Assembly (NCBI GenBank): GCA_951406725.2 | Contig: OX597830.1 | Location: forward strand, 22,568,001 to 22,632,000 | Length of the DNA stretch: 64,000 nucleotides | Reading direction: 5' to 3' | DNA from: Octopus vulgaris | Taxonomy: Eukaryota | Shown here: positions 11,324-24,108 of the stretch, one piece after another | How the letters are laid out: each line of letters opens with the position of its first letter | Position numbering within the stretch: position 1 is the first letter of the stretch | Translations under genes and position numbers: made by a program | The notes under the pieces: model-generated | The model's database searches: none | What the model was told of the DNA's origin: nothing | Seen by the model: the letters and a program-made list of their open reading frames with translations, nothing else

Positions 11324-13041
11324 TCAGCACTGTTCTGTGTGTAAGTCAGGTCTGTTTGCAGTGTTGGTGTAGGTGGTGCTAGTGTCGAATTGTTGTAAGC
11401 TGTAGCTGGAGTTGCTCAGTCGGAATCTGCTTGGTTCGGTAACAGAGTCTTCACAGCTCCGTGACATGACACGGTCGTCGTACAATGACAGTCTGTTGCG
11501 ATTGATCTTTAAGGGAGTCTTAATCCGGTTGCGGATCTTTTCGCTGGGATCTGACGTGGCTTGAGTCTGATTTACAGGCAACTGAGCCGAACTGTCAGGT
11601 GGTGGGTTGTTGTGGACTTTGAGGGGAAGGGATGTGGGCCGCTGTGACTTCATATCAGTCAGTTCATTGCAGCTGTTCACAGGGTTAGCTGTTTTGTTTA
11701 AATAAGCCGGTGGACATTTTGTATGGCTGGGTGCATCATCTGCACTGGAATCAGATATATTTCTAACTTGTGCATCGACTGCACCAGTAGGAACATGGCC
11801 ATTTTGATGAATGGTTGTGGTGTTTGGCACGCCCATTTCCGTTAACCCAAGTCTGTCCTGCTCTGCAGTGGTCATCACAGATGAAGACACTGTGTTACTA
11901 ACTGGGAGCACAACTGTACTGCCGTTCTGAAGACATACTTCAGTTTGAACCGGTTGCTGAGGTGAAGCTATCAGGTTGATGTAACCAGACCGATCAGTTG
12001 AACGACGACTATTTTTATCTCGGCCATGCTTCCCATCAATACTCTGGCTGCTGCGAGACAGTAAGTTTTTCCCCAGCTGTGTCAACCTACTGGTGAAATC
12101 TTTAGGCTTTTTGCATTTGAAGATAGATTTTGGTGTTTTCTCATTGATGGCTAACTTACTGTAAGGTACTCCATTGCCAGGGACGTTGGCAATTTTGGGT
12201 CGTACAAGTGGACCATCGCTGTGAACTTGATTTTGTAAGTATTGGATAGGAGCATTGCGATGGTAGTTGAATGTCTCATTCTGGACTAAAGAACTTTCTA
12301 CATTGTCGGGTCCACTGTCAAAAGGATCATCGTGAAACTGAGAAGTAGGTGCACTTAGAGACTGCTCCTTTTGTTCTTGCTCTCGTTTGGCGCTGGCAGA
12401 AATCAGAGTGTTTCCTGACACAGTCAGCTCTTCATCGCTTCTTTTGTGAGTGTTACGTTCGACTGTAGGGTTTCGACCCTGATGTGGCTGAATCACAGTG
12501 TTCGTTTTGGCATGGTTAATGTTCAGATATTTCGGTGGGGGGTCTGAATCAGAGGAAGACAATAAAGCAGTGTTTGTGTGCGCTGTTGAAATGTTATCAG
12601 GAGTCAACCATGTGTTACGTGGCTGACCATTCACAAGGCTTGTGTTTGGTATTTTGGAGAAATTGTAGCCGGTCTGCGTTTCGTTTTCATAGTGTGGTGG
12701 TGGATCACTCAATGGAGGGCCATGGGGGGCAATGCTGTGGTAGTCTGGAGGAGGGTCAGATTGGGAAGGGCTAAGAGTCAGCATAGTTTCTGTTGTTACG
12801 GCAGACATACTTTTCTCTTGTGGTGTCCAAGAGTTTCTTGCTTGTCCATTTAAAGTATTCTCTCCACTGCTTCCTTGGCTTATCAAAGGGGCCATGCTGT
12901 TCTCTGTTGGCAATGAGTTACCATTCTCGGCAGTAATACTAGACGTGGCAAGGTAGCAATTCCTCTGAACTGCAGAAATTCCTGCAGCATCTTCAGACAC
13001 TGTGATGTGTGTGGAGGTAGAATTCAGAGTTGGTGTCACAC
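11324..13041 (-). CDS. BMPR2: BMPR2 terminal coding exon: long low-complexity cytoplasmic tail
   Basis: ttctag|GTGTGACA...TGA; 1718 bp open frame, in phase with the previous exon. Contains QPHQGRNPTVERN, RPTSLPL and SEKIRNRIKTP, motifs I recall from BMPR2/wit tails (human RPTSLPL and EKIKKRVKTP). Confidence 0.92.
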
Positions 13042-13920
13042 CTAGAAAAGATAAAAAAGAATGATTTTTAGCATGAGAAAATGCGAAATTAATTTACAAA
13101 CTTTATACATATTATATAATTCTAAGATAACACTGCCACCATCAGCATCATTATCACCACTATTACATTCATCATCATCAATGCCACCACCATCATGATC
13201 ATCGCTTAATGTTCATTTTTTCAGGTTTGTAGAATTTGCTGAGGCAGATTTTTTTTGGGCCAGTTGCACTTCCTGTTGTGAACTCTCATTTGTTTGTCCA
13301 AGGAAGGTAATTTTTAACCACAGAAGATGAGAAACAAACAACATCATTTGTGTGAGGGTGATGCACATTGTATTCATAACATGATGACAAGACGAGGGTA
13401 CACACAAACACACACTGGCAGGAATGTTAGCATGCCGGGCGAAATGCTTAGCGGTATTTCGTCTGCCGTTACGTTCTGAGTTCAAATTCTGCTGAGGTCG
13501 ACTTTGCCTTTCATCCTTTCGGGGTCGATAAATTAAATACCAGTTATGCACTGGAGTCGATGTAATCGACTTAATCCCTTTGTCTGTCTTTGTTTGTCCC
13601 CTCTATGTTTAGCCCCTTGTGGGTAGTAAAGAAACAACAAACACATACTGGTGCCCTTTGTCTTGCTGGTGCTGGCTCCATGTAAAACGCACTTGTGCCA
13701 ATGCAACAAAAATGCACTGATGCTAGTGTAAAAAGCACCCAGCACACTCTGTAATGTGGCTGGTGTTATGAAGAGCATCCCGCTGTAGAAACCATGCCAA
13801 ATCAGACAATTGGAGCCCGGTGAGCTCCTTGGCTGGCCAGCTCCTGTCAAATTGTCCAACACATAACAGTATGGATAGCAGATGTTAAATAATAATAATG
13901 ATGATATATATATATATATA

Positions 13921-14318
13921 ACGGCAAACACGAAAGAGTCAAGAGGATCTACAGCGACCATGGAGATAAAGTGAGCAGAACCACTGATTCGTCTCTAACC
14001 AGGCAGCAGCAGGTAACACTCTGCAAACTTAGCAGTGGTCATCATCCGGACCTCAAGTACTGGCTCTACAAGATCGACCGAGCCATAGACAGAACCTGCA
14101 GAAAGTGCAGAGTGGGAGAGGAGATGGCTGCAAATGCCCCCCCCCCCTCAGACGCTCTGGCCAGTGACCCTCTCCTTGTCCTTCGGATCTGGGAAAAGTG
14201 GACTTCTGCTCCCGACCTGCCAGACGTCTCCCAGCCCTCAGAACGGACGCAGTGAAATCACCCTTACCCGTCTTGTTGCTTAACAACCACAACAACAACA
14301 ACAATAACAGCAACAACA
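13921..14318 (+). mobile_element. 3' end of a LINE (I/Nimb-like zinc-knuckle region) with (AAC)n tail
   Basis: LTRQQQVTLCKLSSGHH..L...L.KI......CRKC..GEE matches the R..Q..L..LR.GH...CxxC...ET block. The (AAC)n tail at 14282-14318 ends about 60 bp from a BMPR2 exon donor. Confidence 0.7.
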
Positions 14319-14376
14319 GTGTGTCATATAAATACAAATGGCAAGATACATCTTTAAGAATGGAATGAGTGCTGAC

Positions 14377-14509
14377 CTTTTAATCGAGAATCATGAGGAG
14401 ACATTGCAGACAGATCCGATATTCTTTCAATGACACAGAATGAAGTAAGCCTTGCCTCCGCATCATGATCCCAGCAGTCTTCAATTGTTTCTTTCAAAGT
14501 GTGGATAGC
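14377..14509 (-). CDS. BMPR2: BMPR2 exon: kinase subdomain XI (absent from the supplied ORF track)
   Basis: Boundaries tttgcag|GCTATCCAC...TTAAAAG|gtcagc; 133 bp, phase 0-1. Hand translation: [44 protein letters not shown]. Confidence 0.95.
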
Positions 14510-15756
14510 CTGCAAAAAAAAACAAAAAAAAACACTAGATATAATAACAATAATAAGGATTTCTTTTACTAGTCACAGGAGCATAGATGAGGGGGGACAT
14601 CACAAGGACTGTCCACAATTTGTGTAGGGATTTACTTATGAAATGAGGTGAAAGACATGGAAAAGACTGTGAAATGTGATTAAAAATATACAAAGTATAT
14701 AAAGTATGTATACATATGAATGATGCAGTCCTCCTAACACAGGAGAAAGTCCAACTTGGGCCAATCAAGGAACCCCACAAACCCAGGATTATCCTGTACC
14801 CCAAAGGCACAAGCTTTCTCCCAACTGTTGCTCTCCAATACTTGACTGGTGCTTTATTTTATTGACCCAGGGGAGATGAAAAGCACAGCTGACTGATTTG
14901 AATACAGAATGTAAACCGCTGTAACTTAATATTGCTAGATTTTCGTTATTGGGATTGGGTCAGAGTTTGTGTTTAATTGGATCGTTACCAGCATCGACTT
15001 ACTGGCACGTGAAAAAACATTCGAGTGAAGTCGTTGCCAGTGCCGTTGGACTGGCTCCTGTGCATGTGGCACGTAAAAAACACCATTTGAGCGTGGCCAT
15101 TGCCAGTACCGCCAGACTGGCCCTCGTGCTGGTGGCACGTAAAAGCACCCACTACACTCTTGGAGTGGTTGGCGTTAGGAAGGACATCCAACTGTAGAAA
15201 CTCTGCCAGATCATGATTGGAGCTTGGTGCAGCCATCTAGTTCACCAGTCCTCAGTCAAATCGTCCAACCCATGATAGCATGGAAAGCGGACGTTAAACG
15301 ATGATGATGATGATGATGATAATGATGATAGAGTTGCAAAAGTCATCTCAATATAGAAAACCTATTTCTTTACTACCCACAAGGGGCTAAACATAGAGGG
15401 GACAAACAAGGACAGACATAGGTATTAAGTTGATTACATCGACCCCAGTGCGTAACTGGTACTTAATTTATCGACCCCGAAAGGATGAAAGGCAAAGTTG
15501 ACCTCGGCGGAATTTGAACTCACAACGTAACGCAGACGAAATACCGCTAAGCATTTTGCCCGGCGTGCTAACGATTCTGCCAGCTCGCCGCCTTTGGAAA
15601 CCAGTTGTCCAAACACACACACACACACACGAGGCAGGCAAAGACAGGAGAAGGAGGAGGAAGAGAATTTAGTAATAGACAAACAATTTGGGTGAATGTT
15701 TTGGTGTTAGGCTATTGGCTGATGATAGGGGTAACAACTGTAGAGACGACACTAAC

Positions 15757-15893
15757 CACATTTGAGTCTTTCCACATGTCTGGAAGCCATGGACGTTTCT
15801 TGTTTGCTGAAACCAAAATCTGCATCTCTTCGAATGACGGATGAATACCTACTTCGGCTTGATAAGGTAGCATATATTCAGGAACTGGAACCC
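15757..15893 (-). CDS. BMPR2: BMPR2 exon: kinase subdomain X
   Basis: Boundaries taacag|GGGTTCCA...AATGTG|gttagt; 137 bp, phase 1-0. Encodes (G)VPVPEYMLPYQAEVGIHPSFEEMQILVSANKKRPWLPDMWKDSNV. Confidence 0.94.
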
Positions 15894-16334
15894 CTGTTAT
15901 GAAGTACAGAACATACAGAGTATAATATACAGCAATAATCACAATGGCTTGGCTATTATTTTAGCCTGCAACATTGCAATTTCTCATTAGTCTCCAATCA
16001 CATCACATCACAGTCATAAGTATAAAAGTATAAGCTACATACTCATCGTTACAACAGCGGGACATCATACAACTAACAACAGATCACTATTACACCACAT
16101 GGTTATCATTAGAATTGTGTCACACAAGGTAGCATGGTGGAGGCATGTGGTTTAGTGGTTAGGGTATCGGGCTCATGATCATAAGATTGTAGATTCAATG
16201 GCAGGACTGGGTGATGTGTTGTGTTCTTGGGCGTAACACTTCCTTTCACATTGCCCAGCATTCCTTATATGTACCAGCATCCTGTCCAGTGGGGAATATA
16301 TACATCACAGAAACCAGGAAACTAGCTCTATGTA

Positions 16335-16745
16335 TCTGTGTGGTAAGTAGCTTGCTTGCGAACCACATGGTTCCAGGTTCAGTCCCACTGCGTGGCACCT
16401 TGGCGAGTGCCTTCTACTGTAGCCTCGGGCTGACCAAAGCCTTGTGAGTGGATTTGGTAGACGGAAACTGAAAGAAGCCCATCGTATATATGTACATATA
16501 TATATATATAGATAGATAGATATATGTATGCATGTGTGTATGTATTTGTCCCCCCAACATCACTTGACAACCGAAACTGGTGTGTTTACGTCCCCGTAAC
16601 TTAGCGGTTCAGCAAATGAGATCGATAGAATAAGTACTAGGCTTACAAAGAATAAGTCCTGGGGTCGATTTGCTCGACTAAAGGTGGTGTTCCAGCATGG
16701 CCACAGTCAAATGACTGAAACAAGTAAAAGAGCAAAAAGAGTAGA
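16335..16745 (+). mobile_element. SINE family A
   Basis: Direct match. Other + copies lie at about 3910-4285, 44716-45075, 46070-46480 and 47970-48315. Confidence 0.88.
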
Positions 16746-18272
16746 GTAATTTTACAGTCAAAAGCCATCGCAACATGTAGAGCAGTGCTTCTGATGTGGT
16801 GTACCAGCAGTTTTTTTTTCACCAATGTGCCAGGGACCAGTAATATGTTTCTTAGTAATATTAATATAAACTGGGAACAATATATATAATGAATATAATA
16901 ATGATAAATGTCGCCCTTTTCAAGCCTAGCCAGGCTCATGGGCCCGGTTTCCTGGTTTCTGTGGCGTATGTGTTCCCTCCAGCTGGACGGGACGCCAGTC
17001 CATCACAGCATTACTCAAGAAACAGGAAGAGAGAGTGAGAGAAAGTTGGGGCCAAAGAGTACAACAGGGGTTGCCACCACCCTCTACTGGAGCCTCGTGG
17101 AGCTTTTAGGTGTTTTCGCTCAATAAACACACACAATGCCCGGTCTGGGAATCAAAACCGCGAAACTCCGACTGTGAGTCCACTGCCCTAACCACTAGGT
17201 CATTGCGCCTCCACAATGAATATAATAAAAGTTGACAATTTTTTTTATTTTATATTTATTTTGTAAACAAATAATACAATATTTTATAAGCATTTTATGT
17301 TTCTTTCTTTTCTGGAAATTTGCTGGGTACCGGCAGCTGATGGCTCGCAGACTGGCACTGGTCTGTGGACCACTGCTTTGAGTAGCACTAATGTAGGGAA
17401 CCATGTCACATCATCACACAGGCACTACAAGTCTCCTGTCTGGTTACACAGACATTAAAACATTCCTGTCATGTCTTGCAAAACTGTGTCAGTCATTTTG
17501 TTTTGTTTTTTTTTGTTTGTTATCACCTGTCAATAGATTCCTATTGTCACATTATATAGATATTAGAGAATGTTTCGTCACACTTCCTAATTTGTGGCAA
17601 TCTGTTGTTGTGCTTTGTAGTCAACAACACAAAGACATCAGCAGTCCTACATCATTAGCATACTTCTGTCATATTAGCTACTGCAACACCAGCTGACACT
17701 TGATATGCTCCAATGCCACCAGTATGCACACATAAACACCCACACCCAGGTGCACAAGAAAGAATAAAAAAGTTATCACACATACATGAACTCAAAAGAC
17801 TGCATACATACAAATACAATAACACACAGTCACAGCCACACTGAAGCATGGAACAAACTGCCGGCATCAGTTGTTAGTTGTCGGAGCATTGCATCCTTCA
17901 AAACTTCATAGGCTTTCTGAGATTCGCCAACACTACACCTGATCTTTCTCCCCTCCATACACACACAAGCATGTATCTGACTCATACATTGTTCGCTTTC
18001 CAGACATTTGTACATTACTGCATGTGCTTTACATGCACTTTCTGACAAGTTGTGGTGCACCTGAGCACTGTATACAATAATTTCATCATTATTATTATTA
18101 TTATACTCACTCACACATATACAAAAAGTAACACAGACAATTAATATACACACAAGACTACAAACACACACACACTCACTCACACATAATCCGACAGTGA
18201 AGAGATGTGCACACACATACACATACACAGAGCATCATATACACGCACAAATAAAACCTGTGCTCTGGTTAC

Positions 18273-18420
18273 CTTGCCAAAGATCAGAACAGCGAGATGC
18301 AATTTCCCAGAGAACCAGCCCCAAAGAATAGACGTCTATCTGTTTAAGAGAAGCCTCGCAGTCACGTAAGTTGACAGCACCGTCCAGCAGCTCAGGAGCC
18401 ATATAACGTACAGTTCCAAC
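18273..18420 (-). CDS. BMPR2: BMPR2 exon: kinase subdomains VIII-IX (absent from the supplied ORF track)
   Basis: Boundaries gaaag|GTTGGAACT...TGGCAAG|gtaacc; 148 bp, phase 0-1. Hand translation: [49 protein letters not shown]. Confidence 0.96.
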
Positions 18421-18982
18421 CTTTCAATGAAACAAAACAAATGTATTAGATACAGAAACAAATGAAAACATTGGTCAAAGGAAATGGTGAAGCAGAATAA
18501 ACTATATTCAAGCAATGTGTTTGTGGATGATTAATGGGTTGGAGGTAGCGGTGAGCTGGCAGAAACGTTAGCACACCGGGCGAAATGCTTAGCAATATTT
18601 CGTCAGCCGCTACGTTCTGAGTTCAAATTCCGCCGAGGTCGACTTTGCCTTTCATCCTTTCGGGGTCGATTAAATAAGTACCAGTTACGCACTGGGGTCG
18701 ATATAATCGACTTAATCCGTTTGTCTGTCCTTGCTGTGTTTAGCCCCTTGTGGGTAGTAAAGAAATAGGTTAATGGGTTGGAGGTAGTGTTGAAGAAGGA
18801 GTAACAACTCCTGAAGTATGCATATACACCAATTACTGATTTTTCTATATCCCATTGCATTGTTCATATAGATCAGAGGTTCTCAAACTTTTTGGGCCAT
18901 CACCCCACCTCATGGCCACATAATACCCCTATTTTTATGCATAAATAAATATTTTATATTTTATTAATTTATATATACTATG

Positions 18983-19318
18983 AGACCTCTTTTGGTCACG
19001 ACACAGACCATGGGATTGCACCTAGAAAGTTATCCTCCCAGGCACAAGTCCAGGCAAGGTTGTTTATGGAAGTCCAGCAGTCGCCCATGCATACCGGCCT
19101 CCCCTCTCCACGCCACCAGTGTTATCCAAGGGAAAGGCAACAGCCGATACTGCTTGGCACCTGTGATGTCGCAACTCATTTCTACAGCTGAGTGAACTGG
19201 AGCAACGTGAAATAAAGTGTCTTGCTCAAGAACATAACACGCAGCCTGGTCCGGGATTCGAGCTCACAACCTCCTGATCGTAAGCTTGACGCTCTAACCA
19301 CTAAGCCATGCGCCTTCA
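18983..19318 (-). mobile_element. SINE family B (tRNA-derived head plus CORE-like block)
   Basis: Minus strand GAAGGCGCATGGCTTAGTGGTTAGAGCG...GAGCTCGAATCCCGG...TTCTTGAGCAAGACACTTTATTTCAC...CACTCAGCTGTAGAAATGAGT. Same as 7511-7836 (+) and 47761-47960 (+). Confidence 0.88.
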
Positions 19319-19439
19319 CTATATATACTATGAATCATTTGATATTTAATATAATATTATATAATTTGTATACAATACTATAATAATATCCTCTATGTCG
19401 TCATTTCATTAATCTATACCCTTCTCATTTTCCCTATTT

Positions 19440-19478
19440 GTCTCTGATGATGGAATATCTCCAAAACAGCCGTAAGAC
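19440..19478 (+). ncRNA. Defective minimal hammerhead ribozyme motif
   Basis: GTCT-CTGATGA-TGGA ATATC TCCA-AAAC-AGCC-GTA-AGAC. Stems and CUGAUGA are present but the G of GAAA (G12) is missing. It lies in an AT-rich insert ending at a (TA)n tract. Confidence 0.6.
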
Positions 19479-19556
19479 TTTGAATTTTTTCCAATAATAA
19501 TAATGTATACGACTTGGGAGGTTTGCCTTGCCTTAATGTTTATTGTCTTCTTTAAC

Positions 19557-19619
<63 letters not shown>

Positions 19620-20532
19620 TTGAGCTGTTACCAGAAGGAATCTGTGAAAATACTTGCCAGCAATGGACACTCTACATGGTTACTCAACTTGCTAGAAATA
19701 GTAGCCAAATCTCCCTCATATCCTAATCTATAGCAGAGGTTCTCAACTATATTTCATAATCAAACATTATTAGGGATTGTAATCAATTTATTGCAGATGA
19801 TTTTTAACAACAAAATCTTAAGTGGATCCCCAAGGGTGATAAGGACCCTGGTCGTGAACTACTGATTTATAGTCTTTAAAAACAAGAGGGACACACTGGA
19901 TAATTAGTACTAGATACATTATAATAGAGAAAAAAATAAAGATGAGATGGTCATGACTGGAATGCCTTTGATTCAAGATCTACTGGATCAGGTTTGCCCT
20001 GAGGTCAAACAATAACATCAATGCATCACACAACAATGGTGTTCCTATGGGGACATTTTACCTACTAGAAATGGCAGCTAAATCAACTGTTCTCCTAAAA
20101 TGGACACATGGCTAATGTAAGCCTAGACTGCAACATGTCTGGTCAGAACAAAAAAAAAAAAAGAAATGAGGGAATAAGATGGTCATGGTTGGAACATCCT
20201 TCATTACAGATTTCCTGAATAAGATCTGCCCAGGAGCTATAAACAACAACATATGTACATAATATGTCTGATTTTGTGTGATGAAACTGTACAAGAAAAA
20301 GGACTAATACATATATACACTGACTCACACTTATACATTACACACACATACACATGCACCCATATATACACATGCCCACATATATACATGCACACACCAA
20401 CTTGTACACACACACACTCACACTCACACATACACACACACAGATTCTCACATACTCACACACACATACATGCACTGACTCAGGTATACACAGGCATGGC
20501 AGTAATTCAGTTGTCAGATCTAGAGTACTTAC

Positions 20533-20702
20533 ATCAGTGAGTGAAGACTGCTCAGCGCTCTCGGAATAGCCATTCCGAATCAATTTGGAACCCATGGTTG
20601 CCATGCAGAATCCCAAGTCTGCCACGACACAACTCAAGTTGGGTCGGATGAGGACGTTCCTTGAATTGAAGTCTCGGTGGGCAATGGCAGGTTTCACCTT
20701 AT
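20533..20702 (-). CDS. BMPR2: BMPR2 exon: catalytic loop and activation segment
   Basis: Boundaries tttcag|ATAAGGTG...ACTGAT|gtaagt; 170 bp, phase 1-0. Encodes KPAIAHRDFNSRNVL (the NSRN loop typical of BMPR2/wit) and VADLGF. Confidence 0.96.
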
Positions 20703-21944
20703 CTGAAATGTAAACCATTGAGTTGACAATGCTTACCAATGAGATTAGTTAATCAAACTGATTCATTCGTCGTTATCATCATCATCATCATTTAATGTCC
20801 ACTTTCCAAGTTGACTTTGGTTGAATGGTTGAACAGGGGCCGGTGGGTCAGAGAACTGTGCCATGTTATCACAGCACGCAGACCACCTGGAATTACACCT
20901 TTCTCCTCTTCTCTGTACTCTTCGAGCCGTCAGGTAGTTGGGGGAGGGGCAGGGGAAGTTTAGCGCTTTGCTTATATATATAGTCTTTTTATTCTTTTAT
21001 TTGTTTCAGTCATTTGACTGTGGCCATGCTGGAGCACCGCCTTGAGGGATGTTAGTGGTGATGGTGGTGGTAGTGGTTGTAAGGTAACAGGTACATATAT
21101 TGTGATGTGGTGATGTAACAGTTGCATCATATATGATGGTGGTGATATAATGGATGTATTATATGGTGGTAGTGGTGGAGTTAGTAGTGTAACAGGAGTC
21201 ATTGCCGCCACCGCCACCACCACTGCTGCCACCACCACCACCACCACTTAATGACTGCTTCCCATGCCGACAGTTCAGAAGACTGTACCATGTTCTATTG
21301 TCTCCTTTGGCATGGCTGGATGCCCTTCCTAAACACTGGTGTATGGTGGTTGTTGTAATGGGTGTGCTACCACACCCGATGTCACCAAATTTCGAGCAGG
21401 GGTATATCAAAAGTTTCCCATTAAGCTTTGTGACTAAATTAAAGAGTAAGGTTAATTATAACGAATTTGCCCTTTGCAATGGGTGTGCAGCACACACACC
21501 TAGCACACCCGGAATATACGCCCCTGTTCCTAACACCAACCATTTTACAGAGTGGGCTGGGTGCTTTTTACATGGCACCAACAAGGAAGGTCGCCAAGCA
21601 ACTTGCAAGACATGACCCTCCTCCCACCACTCAACTGAGATGGCTTTGAACCAGATGATGAAAGGTTCAAGTATGACAAAGGGATAGAAACACGAATTTT
21701 GCTTCAGAGGGGATATGTGGGTACAGTGGATGGAAAATGAAAGGAGAAAGGAAAGGGTAAGTGGCAGAGAGGATGAGTTGAGTGTATTGTTTAATATATG
21801 GTAGTGGATGGTGCTGGGAGAACTGTTAGAATGCTGGGCAAAATGTTTAGTGACATTTCATCTGGGTTTTATGTTCTGAGTTCAAAACCAGCCATGGTCA
21901 ACTTTGCCTTTTGGGGGTGATAAAATAAGTAACCAGTTGAGCAC

Positions 21945-22110
21945 TGGGGGGGTCAATGTAATCGACTTGCCCCTTCTGCTGACTTGCATTGGGGGTCAAT
22001 GTAATTGACTTGCCCCTTCTCCTGACTTGCATTGGGGGTCAATGTAATCAACTTGCCCGCTTTCCTGACTTGCACTGGGGTCAATGTCATTGACTTGCCC
22101 CCACTCTCCT
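21945..22110 (+). repeat. Tandem repeat of about 41 bp x4 at the 3' part of a family C-like SINE
   Basis: GGGGTCAATGTAATCGACTTGCCCCTTCTGCTGACTTGCATT repeated with minor changes. Confidence 0.85.
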
Positions 22111-22396
22111 GAACTTGCTGGCCTTGTGCTAAAATTTGAAAACATATATGGTGATGGTAGTGAACAGGTTTAATCGAAACTGGGTGGTGTTAATTATATA
22201 ACAACTCTGGGATATTGATGATGATGATTTTGACAATGATGGGCATATTTGCCAAACGAGCAAAAAAAAAATCACACATAAATACAATAAGCAAAAAACA
22301 ATAATACAAGAACAAACTACATCAATGAGTTGCATTGTAGCAGAATGTGTGCAATTGCATTTACTGATGCAATAAAGCATTCTGTAATGTACCTAC

Positions 22397-22945
22397 CTCC
22401 CTTGGTGATGTCCAGATGCAGATGGGCCAAGCCACGAGTGAGGGAGAGTATGATGCGACACATTTCCGACCAGTCGACAGAGTGTTCCCGTAAGTAATTC
22501 ATTAGTGTGCCATTCGGCACGTAAGAAAGCACAATGCAATACTGGTGCAGCCCTTCGCTGTTAACCAGCTCATCTGCACCATAGAACTTGAGTAGGTTGT
22601 CAAATTCCATGAATGGCAAAGCATAGATATATTTCTCGTTATTGTAGAACTGGCGATGGTTATGATGGAAGACCTTCACAGCTACAGGCAGACCGTTCAG
22701 CTTGCCGGACCATACCTCTCCGTATTTTCCCTTTGCGATCACGTCCAACATCTTCACGTTACTAATGTCGATACCAGGTGGTGCACTTGGTGCCTCTTCT
22801 ATGATTTCTGGCAGTGGATGCTGCCGCTTCCGGTAGACACAGTATATGCAGAAGCTCAGGACGAATATAAAGCTGCCAGCCCCAAACAAGCATATTATAA
22901 TGATGAGGATGGTGTTTTCACTGAACTTGTCTATGTCAGGATGAA
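22397..22945 (-). CDS. BMPR2: BMPR2 exon: transmembrane helix and kinase subdomains I-VIa
   Basis: Boundaries ctacag|TTCATCCT...AAGGGAG|gtaggt; 549 bp, phase 1-1. TM segment ILIIIICLFGAGSFIFVLSFCIYCVY, then KGKYGEVW, VAVKVF and LTRGLAHLH. No GS box, so it is a type II receptor. Confidence 0.96.
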
Positions 22946-23049
22946 CTGTAGAATAAAGAAGAAAGTGACATAGGTCAGTTGCACGGAGATAAGTAAACCA
23001 CAAAGACACAGACAGCAAAAGATCTTGCTGTGTGTGTGTGCATGTATAG

Positions 23050-23116
<67 letters not shown>

Positions 23117-23244
23117 TATATTTACATGCCGAAATCTACCAGTAAACAATTGTTGGTTTTTTTAAAAACCATTAAAGATATTATTTACTTTTATTATATT
23201 ACTATATATATATACATACATTTATCTAGGTATATATATATGTA

Positions 23245-23753
23245 CCATAAATCCTCGAGTATAGTCCACCCTTGAGTATAATACGCAGGGGAATTTTAGG
23301 GAGCTGTACCTGAGAAACCTTAACCTTGTGTATAATACGCACCTTTTCTCTAACTTGAGTCAAGGAGGTCAATATAACGTCCTTGGTTTGTAAAAATGTA
23401 TATGCTAACGTCCTTTATTATTAATGTACGTATAACATAATGCAAACGTGTAGCTTTTTTGTGCATTTTGTTTGCAGAAAATAAAGAAGTAACAGTAATA
23501 ACAATTAATAAATGTTGCTTATTGCAAGTTATGGATGATTCTTTTATGACTTCATTGCTTTCAGGCTTAGCTTAACGTATTTTCGTGCCCAGCATCACAA
23601 AATGCATCTGAATAAACATTGCCGGACAGAAAATAGAGACTCGGATATTGCTTAGAAAATAATTTTCATTTTTAACTTTGTACATAGTACACACTAGGGA
23701 TTTTGACCTTTAAATTTTGGGAAAAAAATGCAGATTATACTCGAGGATTTACA

Positions 23754-23754
<1 letters not shown>
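23245..23754. mobile_element. Tc2/pogo-like MITE, copy 1
   Basis: TIRs CC(A/G)TAAATCCTCGAGTATA / TATACTCGAGGATTTACAG with TA flanks. Alignable over most of its length to 49609-50124. Confidence 0.8.
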
Positions 23755-23792
<38 letters not shown>

Positions 23793-24071
23793 TATAACAT
23801 ATGGTATAATTATAAACAGGGCAAATTTTAGCCATTTCTCCGCAGACTGAGAAAATGATGAACAACCTTAATTGGTTTTTGGACCTTATTGGGTTCTTAG
23901 CAGAGGCGTCCACATCATCTTGACAATCTCCAGAGAAACAAGCAGCCAAACTGTTTATATACTCAACAAATGCAGCAGTTACTCTATGAAGGAATCCCTA
24001 ATTTGCATACTGGAAGTGTTTAACACTGTATAAATACCACACACACTCATATATAGGTACACACACACACG

Positions 24072-24108
<37 letters not shown>

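Noticed and set aside
18983-19318. tRNA genes suggested by A/B-box motifs here and in other SINE heads
   Set aside because: No complete cloverleaf or acceptor stem; the heads run into SINE cores present in many diverged copies.
20605-20625. DLG instead of DFG, and AKGKYG instead of GxGxxG, as signs of a pseudokinase
   Set aside because: The catalytic K, HRD, N, D and APE are all intact, and DLG is normal in many TGF-beta-family receptor kinases.
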